DNA from: Eledone cirrhosa
Taxonomy: Eukaryota
DNA: 64,000 nucleotides
Reading direction: 5' to 3'
Assembly (NCBI GenBank): GCA_964016885.1
Contig: OZ024743.1
Span: 142,042,001-142,106,000, forward strand
Every line of letters starts with the position of its first letter. Position 1 is the stretch's first letter. Below are positions 52,201 to 61,200 of the stretch, one piece after another. A program made the translations under genes and the position numbers. The notes beneath the pieces are model-generated. The model saw nothing but the letters and a program-made list of their open reading frames with translations. It did no database searches and had not been told where the DNA came from.

Positions 52201-55200
52201 GCTTGGTGCTTGGTGTTTGGTGTTTGATGATTGGTGTTTGGTGTTTGGTGTTTGGTGCTTGGTGCTTGGTGTTTGGTGTTTGATGCTTGGTGCTTGATGC
52301 TTGGTGCTTGGTGCTTGGTGTTTGGTGCTTGGTGCTTGGTGTTTGGTGCTTGGTACTTGGTGTTTGGTGCTTGGTGTTTGCTGTTTGCTGTTTGGTGTTT
52401 GGTGTTTGCTGTTTGCTGTCTGGTGTCTGCTTTTTGGTGTTTGTTGTTTGCTCTATGGTGTTTGCTGTTTCATGTTTGGTGTTTGCTGTTTGGTGTTTGG
52501 TGTTTGCTGTTTGGTGTTTGGTGCTTGGTGTTTGGTGCTTGGTGCTTGTTGTTTGGTGATTGGTGCTTGGTGCTTGGTGTTTGCTGTTTGGTGCTTGGGG
52601 CTTGGTGTTTGGTGCTGCGTGCTTGGTGCTTGGTGCTTGGTGCTTGGTGTTTGATGATTGGCGTTTGGTGTTTGGTGTTTGGTGCTTGGTGCTTGGTGTT
52701 TGGTGTGTGATGCTTGCTGCTTGATGCTTGGTGCTTGGTGCTTGGTGTTTGGTGCTTGGTGCTTGGTGTTTGGTGCTTGGTACTTGGTGTTTGGTGCTTG
52801 GTGTTTGGTGTCTGCTTTTTGGTGTTTGTTGTTTGCTCTATGGTGTTTGCTGTTTCGTGTTTGGTGTTTGCTGTTTGGTGTTTGGTGTTTGCTGTTTGGT
52901 GTTTGGTGCTTGGTGTTTGGTGCTTGGTGCTTGGTGTTTGGTGCTAGGTGCTTGGTGTTTGGTGCTTGGTGTTTGGTGTTTGGTGCTTGGTACTTGGGGC
53001 TTGGTGTTTGGTGCTTGGTGCTTCGTGCTTGGTGTTTGGTGCTTGGTGCCTGGTGCTTGTTGTTTGGTGATTGGTGCTTGGTGTTTGCTGTTTGGTGCTG
53101 CGTGCTTGGTGCTTGGTGCTTGTTGCTTGGTGCTTGGTGTTTTGTGTTTGGTGTTTGATGCTTGGTGTTTGGTGTTTGGTGCTTGATGCTTGGTGTTTGG
53201 TGCTTGATGCTTGGTGCTTGATGCTTGGTGCTTGGTGCTTGGTGTTTGGTGCTTGGTGCTTGGTGTTTGTACTTGGTGTTTGGTGCTTGGTGTTTGGTGC
53301 TTGGTGCTTGGTGTTTGGTGCTTGGTGCTTGGTGTTTGGTGTTTGGTGCTTGGTGTTTGGTGCTTGGTGCTTGGTGCTTGGTGTTAGGTGTTTGGTGCTT
53401 CATGCCTGGTGCTTGGTGTTTGGTGCTTGGTGCTTGGTGTTTGGTGTTTGGTGTTTGGTGCTTCATGCTTGGTGCTTGGTGTTTGGTGCTTGGTGCTTGG
53501 TGTTTGGTGCTTGGTGCCTGGTGCATGGTGTTTGGTGCTTGATGCTTGGTGTTTGGTGTTTGGTGCTTGGTGTATGGTGCTTGGTGCTTGGTGCTTGGTG
53601 TTAGGTGTTAGGTGTTTGATGCTTGGAGTTTGCTGTTTGGTGTTTGGTGTTTGCTGTTTGGTGTTTGGTCTTTGGTCTTTGGTGCTTGGTCTTTGGTGCT
53701 TGGTGTTTGGTGCTTGGTGCTTGGTGTTTGGTGCTTGGTGCCTGGTGCTTGTTGTTTGGTGATTGGTGCTTGGTGTTTCCTGTTTGGTGTTTGGTGTTTG
53801 CTGTTTGGTGTTTGGTGCTTGGTGCTTGGTGCTTGGTGTTTGGTGCTTGGTGCTTGGTGTTTGGTGCATGGTGCTTGATGCTTGGTGTTTGTACTTGGTG
53901 CTTGGTGCATGGTGTTTTGTGCTTGATTCTTGGTGTTTGGTGCTTGGTGTTTGGTGCTTAGTGCTTGGTGTTTGGTGTTTGGTGCTTGGTGTTTGGTGCT
54001 TGGTGCTTGGTGCTTGGTGTTTTGTGTTTGGTGCTTCATGCTTGGTGCTTGGTGTTTGGTGCTTGGTGCTTGGTGTTTGGTGCTTGGTGCCTGGTGCATG
54101 GTGTTTGGTGCTTGATGCTTGGTGTTTGGTGTTTGGTGCTTGGTGTTTGGTGCTTGGTGCTTGGTGCTTGGTGTTAGGTGTTAGGTGTTTGGTGATTGGT
54201 GCTTGGTGTTTGGTGCTTGGTGCTTGATGTTTGGTGCTTGGTGCTTGGTGTTTGGTGCTTGGTGTTTGGTGCTTGGTACTTGGGGCTTGGTGTTTGGTGC
54301 TTGGTGCTTGGTGCTTGGTGTTTGGTGCTTGGTGCTTGGTGTTTGGTGTTTGGTGCTTGGTGTTTGGTGCTTGGTGCTTGGTGCTGGGTGGTTGGTGTTT
54401 GGTGCTTGGTGCTTGGTGTTTGGTGCTTGGTGCTTGGTGCTTGGTGTTTGGTGCTTGGCGCTTGGTGCTTGGTCTTTGGTGCTTGGTGTTTGGTGTTTGG
54501 TGCTTGGTGCTTGGTGTTTGGTGCTTGGTGATTAGTGTTTGGTGCTTTGTGCTTGGGGTTTGGTGTTTGGTGCTTGGTGCTTGGTGTTTGGTGCTTGGTG
54601 TTTGGTTTTTACTGTTTGGTGTTTGCTGTTTGCTGTTTGCTGTTTGTTGTTTGGTGTCTGCTTTTTGGTGTTTGGTGTTTGCTGTATCGTGTTTGCTGTT
54701 TCGTGTTTATTGTTTGCTGTTTGGTGTTTGGTGTTTGGTGTTTGGTGTTTCCTGTTTGGTGTTTAGTCTTTGGTGATTGGTGCTTGGTGCTTGGTGTTTG
54801 GTGTTTGGTGTTTGGTGCTTGGTGCTTGGTGTTTGGTGCTTGGTACTTGTTGTTTGGTGATTGGTGCTTGGTGCTTGGTGTTTACTGTTTGGTGCTTGGG
54901 GCTTGGTGTTTGGTGCTGCGTGCTTGGTGCTTGGTGCTTGGTGCTTGGTGCTTGGTGTTTGGTGTTTGATGATTGGTGTTTGGTGTTTGGTGTTTGGTGC
55001 TTGGTGCTTGGTGTTTGGTGTTTGATGCTTGCTGCTTGATGCTTGGTGCTTGGTGCTTGGTGTTTGGTGCTTGGTGCTTGGTGTTTGGTGCTTGGTACTT
55101 GGTGTTTGGTGCTTGGAGTTTGCTGTTTGCTGTTTGGTGTTTGGTGTTTGTTGTTTGCTGTTTGGTGTCTGCTTTTTGGTGTTTGTTGTTTGCTCTATGG

Positions 55201-58200
55201 TGTTTGCTGTTTCATGTTTGGTGTTTGCTGTTTGGTGTTTGGTGTTTGCTGTTTGGTGTTTGGTGCTTGGTGTTTGGTGCTTGGTGCTTGGTGTTTGGTG
55301 CTAGGTGCTTCATGCTTGGTGCTTGGTGTTTGGTGTTTGGTTCTTGGTACTTGGGGCTTGGTGTTTGGTGCTTGGTGCTTCGTGCTTGGTGTTTGGTGCT
55401 TGGTGCTTGGTGTTTGGTGTTTGGTGCTTGGTGCCTGGTGCTTGTTGTTTGGTGATTGGTGCTTGGTGTTTGCTGTTTGATGCTGCGTGCTTGGTGCTTG
55501 GTGCTTGGTGCTTGGTGTTTTGTGTTTGGTGTTTGATGCTTGGTGTTTGGTGTTTGGTGCTTGGTTCTTGGTGTTTGGTGTTTGATGCTTGGTGCTTGAT
55601 GCTTGGTGCTTGGTGCTTGGTGTTTGGTGCTTGGTGCTTGGTGTTTGTACTTGGTGTTTGGTGCTTGGTGTTTGGTGCTTGGTGCTTGGTGCTTGGTGTT
55701 TGGTGCTTGGTGCTTGGTGCTTGGTGTTTGGTGTTTCGTGCTTGGTGTTTGGTGCTTGGTGCTTGGTGCTTGGTGTTAGGTGTTTGGTGCTTCATGTCTG
55801 GTGCTTGGTGTTTGGTGCTTGGTGCTTGGTGTTTGGTGCTTGGTGCCTGGTGCATGGTGTTTGTTGCTTGGTGCTTGGTGTTTGGTGTTTGGTGCTTGGT
55901 GTTTGGTGCTTGGTGCTTGGTGTTTGGTGTTTGGTGTTTGGTGCTTGCTGCTTGCTGCTTGGTGTTTGGTGCTTGGTGATTGGTGCTTGGTGTTTGGTGC
56001 TTGGTGCTTGGTGTTTGGTGCTAGGTGCTTGGTGCTTGGTGCTTGGTGTTTGGTGTTTGGTGCTTGGTACTTGGGGCTTTGTATTTGGTGCTTGGTGCTT
56101 CGTGTTTGGTGTTTGGTGCTTGGTGCTTGGTGTTTGGTGCTTGGTGTTTGGTGCTTGGTGCTTGGTGCTGTGTGGTTGGCGTTTGGTGCTTGGTGCTTGG
56201 TGTTTGGTGCTTGGTGCTTGGTGCTTGGTGTTTGGTGCTTGGTGTTTGGTGTTTGGTGCTTGGTGCTTGGTGTTTGGTGCTTGGTGCTTGGTGATTAGTG
56301 TTTGGTGCTTGGTGCTTGGGGTTTGGTGTTTGGTGCTTGGTGCTTGGTGTTTGGTGCTTGGTGCTTGGTGTTTGGTGCTTGGTGTTTGGTGTTTGCTGTT
56401 TGGTGTTTGGTGTTTGGTGTTTGCTGTTTGATGTTTGGTGTCTGCTTTTTGGTGTTTGGTGTTTGCTGTATGGTGTTTGCTGTTTCGTGTTTATTGTTTG
56501 CTGTTTGGTGTTTGGTGTTTGGTGTTTGGTGTTTCCTGTTTGGTCTTTAGTCTTTGGTGCTTGGTGTTCGGTGCTTGGTGCTTGGTATTTGGTGTTTGGT
56601 GTTCGGTGCTTGGTGCTTGGTGTTTGGTGCTTGGTGCTTGGTGTTTGGTGTTTGGTGCTTGGTGCTTGGTGTTTGGTGTTTGCTGTTTGCTGTTTGGTGT
56701 TTGTTGTTTGGTGTTTGTTGTTTGGTGTTTTCTGTTTGGTGTTTGGTGTTTGCTGTTTCGTGTCTGCTTTTTGGTGTTTGGTGTTTGCTGTATGTTGTTT
56801 GCTGTTTGCTGTTTGGTGTTTGGTGTTTGGTGTTTGGTGCTTGGTGCTTGGTGTTTGGTGCTTGGTGCTTGGTGTTTGGTGCCTGGTGCTTGGTGCTTGG
56901 TGCTTGGTGTTTGGTGTTTGGTGCTTGGTGCTTGGTGCTTGGTGTTTTGTGTTTGGTGTTTGGTTTTTGGTGCTTGGTCCTTGGTGTTTGGTGCTGGGTG
57001 CTTTGTGTTTGGTGCTTGGTGCTTGGTGTTTGGTGTTTGCTGCTTGGTGTTTGATGCTTGGTGCTTGGTGCTTGGTGTTTTGTGTTTGGTGCTTGGTGCT
57101 TGGTGTTTGGTGCTTGGTGCTTGGTGTTTGGTGCCTGGTGCTTGGTGCTTGGTGCTTGGTCCTTGGTGTTTGGTGCTGGGTGCTTGGTGTTTGATGATTG
57201 GTGCTTGGTGTTTGGTGCTTGGTGCTTGGTGTTTGGTGCTTGGTGCTGGTTGGTTGGTGTTTGGTGCTTGGTGTTTGGTGCTGGGTGCTTGGTGTTTGGT
57301 GCTTGGTGCTTGGTCTTTGGTGCTTGGTGTTTGGTGTTTGGTGCTTGGTGCTTGGTGTTTGGTGCTTGGTGCTTGGTGTTTAGTGCTTGGTGCTTAGTGT
57401 TTGGTGCTAGGTGCTTGGGGTTTGGTGTTTGGTGCTTGGTGTTTGGTGCTTGGTGCTTGGTGTTTGGTGCTTGGTGTTTGGTGTTTGCTGTTTGCTGTTT
57501 GGTGTTCGTTGTTTGGTGTTTGTTGTTTGGTGTTTGCTGTTTGGTGTTTCGTGTTTGCTGTTTCGTGTCTGCTTTTTGGTGTTTGGTGTTTGCTGTATGT
57601 TGTTTGCTGTTTGGTGTTTGGTGTTTGGTGTTTGGTGCTTGGTGCTTGGTGTTTGGTGCTTGGTGCTTGGTGTTTGGTGCCTGGTGCTTGGTGCTTGGTG
57701 TTTGGTGTTTGGTGTTTGGTGCTTGGTGCTTGGTGCTTGGTGTTTGGTGCTTGGTGCTTGTTGTTTGGTGCCTGGTGCTTGGTGCTTGGTGTTTGGTGTT
57801 TGGTGTTTGGTGCTTGGTGCTTGGTGCTTGGTGTTTGGTGTTTGGTGCTTGGTACTTGGGGCTTGGTGTTTGGTGCTCGGTGCTTCGTGTTTGGTGTTTG
57901 GTGCTTGGTGCTTGGTGTTTGGTGTTTGGTGCTTGGTGTTTGGTGCTTGGTGCTTGGTGCTTGGTGCTTGGTGTTTGGTGCTTGGTGCTTGGTGCTTGGT
58001 GTTTGGTGATTGGTGTTTGGTGTTTGGTGCTTGGTGCTTGGTGTTTGGTGCTTGGTGCTTGGTGATTAGTGTTTGGTGCTTGGTGCTTGGGGTTTGGTGT
58101 TTGGTGCTTGGTGCTTGGTGCTTGGTGCTTGGTGCTTGGTGCTTGGTGTTTGGTGCTTGGTGCTTGGTGTTTGGTGCTTGGTGTTTGGTGCTTGGAGTTT

Positions 58201-61200
58201 GGTGCTTGGTGCTTGGTGCTTGGTTCATGGTGCTTGGTGTTTGGTGCTTGGTGTTTGGTGCTTGGTGTTAGGAGTCTGGTGCTTGGTGCTTGGTGTTTGG
58301 TGTTTGGTACTTGGTATTTGGTGCTTGGTGCTTGGTGTTTGGTGTTTGGTGCTTGGTGTTTGGTGCTTGCTACGTGGTGCTTGGTGCTTGGTGTTAGGTG
58401 TTTGGTGCTTGGTGCGTGGTGTTTGGTTTTTGGTGCTTGGTGCTTGGTGTTTGGTGTTTGGTGCTTGCTGCTGGCTGCTTGGTGTTTGGTGCTTGGTCAT
58501 TGGTGCTTGGTGTTTGGTGCTTGGTGTTTGGTGTTTGGTGCTAGGTGCTTGGTGCTTGGTGTTTGGTGATGATTGGTGCTTGGTGTTTGGTGTTTGGTGC
58601 TTGGTGCTTGGTGTTTGGTGCTTGGTGCTGGGTGGTTGGTGTTTGGTGCTTGGTGTTTGGTGCTGGGTGCTTGGTGTTTGGTGCTTGGTGCTTGGTCTTT
58701 GGTGCTTGGTGTTTGGTGTTTGGTGCTTGGTGCTTGGTGCTTGGTGTTTGGTGCTTGGTGCTTGGTGTTTGGTGCTTGGTGCTTAGTGTTTGGTGCTATG
58801 TGCTTGGGGTTTGGTGTTTAGTGCTTGGTGCTTGGTGTTTGGTGCTTGGTGCTTGGTGCTTGGTCTTTGGTGTTTGGTGTTTAGTGCTTGGTGCTTGGTG
58901 CTTGGTGTTTGGTGCTTGGTGCTTGGTGCATTGTGATTAGTGTTTGGTGCTTGGTGCTTGGGGTTTGGTGTTTGGTGCTTGGTGCTTGGTGTTTGGTGAT
59001 TGGTACTTGGTGTTTGGTGCTTGGTGTTTGCTGTTTGCTGTTTGGTGTTTTTGGTGTTTGCTGTTTGCTGTTTGGTGTCTGCTTTTTGGTGTTTGGTGTT
59101 TGCTCTATGGTGTTTGCTGTTTCATGTTTGGTGTTTGCTGTTTGGTGTTTGGTGTTTGCTGTTTGGTGTTTGCTCTTTGGTGCTTGGTCTTTGATGCTTG
59201 GTGTTTGGTGCTTGGTGCTTGGTGTTTGGTGTTTGGTGCTTGGTGACTGGTGCTTGTTGTTTGGTGATTGGTGCTTGGTGTTTGCTGTTTGGTGTTTGGT
59301 GTTTGGTGTTTGCTGTTTGGTGTTTGGTGCTTGGTGCTTGGTGCTTGGTGTTTGGTGCTTGGTGCTTGGTGTTTGGTGCTTGGTGCTTGGTGTTTGGTGC
59401 TTGGTGCCTGGTGCTTGTTGTTTGGTGATTGGTGCTTGGTGTTTGCTGTTTGGTGTTTGGTGTTTGGTCTTTGCTGTTTGGTGTTTGGTGCTTGGTGTTT
59501 GGTGTTTGATGCTTGGTGTTTGATGCTTGGTGCTTGGTGCTTGGTGTTTGGTTTTTGGTGTTTGCTGTTTGGTGTTTGGTGCTTGGTGCTTGGTGCTTGG
59601 TGTTTGGTGCTTGGTGCTTGGTGTTTGGTGCTTGGTGCTTGATGGTTGGTGTTTGTACTTGGTGCTTGGTGCTTGGTGTTTTGTGCTTGATTCTTGGTGT
59701 TTGGTGCTTGGTGTTTGCTGCTTAGTGCTTGGTGTTTGGTGTTTGGTGCTTGGTGTTTGGTGCTTGGTGCTTGGTGCTTGGTGTTAAGTGTTTGGTGCTT
59801 GGTGTTTGATGTTTGGTGCTTCATGCTTGGTGCTTGGTGTTTGGTGCTTGGTGCCCGGTGCATGGTGTTTGGTGCTTGATGCTTGGTGTTTGTTGTTTGG
59901 TGCTTGGTGTTTGGTGCTTGGTGCTTGGTGCTTGGTGTTAGGTGTTAGGTGTTTGATGCTTGGTGCTTGGTGTTTGGTGTTTGCTGTTTGGTGTTTGGTC
60001 TTTGGTGCTTGGTCTTTGGTGCATGGTGTTTGGTGCTTGGTGCTTGGTGTTTGGTGCTTGGTGCCTGGTGCTTGTTGTTTGGTGATTGGTGCTTGGTGTT
60101 TCCTGTTTGGTGTTTGGTGTTTGGTGTTTGCTGTTTTGTGTTTGGTGCTTGGTGCTTGGTGCTTGGTGTTTGGTGCTTGGTGCTTGGTGTTTGGTGCTTG
60201 GTGCTTGATGCTTGGTGTTTGTACTTGGTGCTTGGTGCATGGTGTTTTGTGCTTGATTCTTGGTGTTTGGTGCTTGGTGTTTGGTGCTTAGTGCTTGGTG
60301 TTTGGTGTTTGGTGCTTGGTGTTTGGTGCTTGGTGCTTGGTGCTTGGTGTTTGGTGTTTGGTGCTTCATGCTTGGTGCTTGGTGTTTGGTGCTTGGTGCT
60401 TGGTGTTTGGTGCTTGGTGCCTGGTGCATGGTGTTTGGTGCTTGATGCTTGGTGTTTGGTGTTTGGTGCTTGGTGTTTGGTGCTTGGTGCTTGGTGCTTG
60501 GTGTTAGGTGTTAGGTGTTTGGTGATTGGTGCTTGGTGTTTGGTGCTTGGTGCTTGATGTTTGGTGCTTGGTGCTTGGTGTTTGGTGCTTGGTGTTTGGT
60601 GCTTGGTACTTGGGGCTTGGTGTTTGGTGCTTGGTGCTTGGTGCTTGGTGTTTGGTGCTTGGTGCTTGGTGTTTGGTGTTTGGTGCTTGGTGTTTGGTGC
60701 TTGGTGCTTGGTGCTGGGTGGTTGGTGTTTGGTGCTTGGTGCTTGGTGTTTGGTGCTTGGTGCTTGGTGCTTGGTGTTTGGTGCTTGGCGCTTGGTGCTT
60801 GGTCTTGTGGTGCTTGGTGTTTGGTGTTTGGTGCTTGGTGCTTGGTGTTTGGTGCTTGGTGATTAGTGTTTGGTGCTTGGTGCTTGGGGTTTGGTGTTTG
60901 GTGCTTGGTGCTTGGTGTTTGGTGCTTGGTGCTTGGTGTTTGGTGCTTGGTGTTTGGTTTTTGCTGTTTGGTGTTTGGTGTTTGCTGTTTGCTGTTTGGT
61001 GTCTGCTTTTTGGTGTTTGGTGTTTGCTGTATCGTGTTTGCTGTTTCGTGTTTATTGTTTGCTGTTTGGTGTTTGTTGTTTGGTGTTTGGTGTTTCCTGT
61101 TTGGTGTTTAGTCTTTGGTGTTTGGTGTTTGGTGCTTGGTGCTTGGTGTTTGGCGTTTGGTGCTTGGGGCTTGGTGTTTGGTGCTGCGTGCTTGGTGCTT

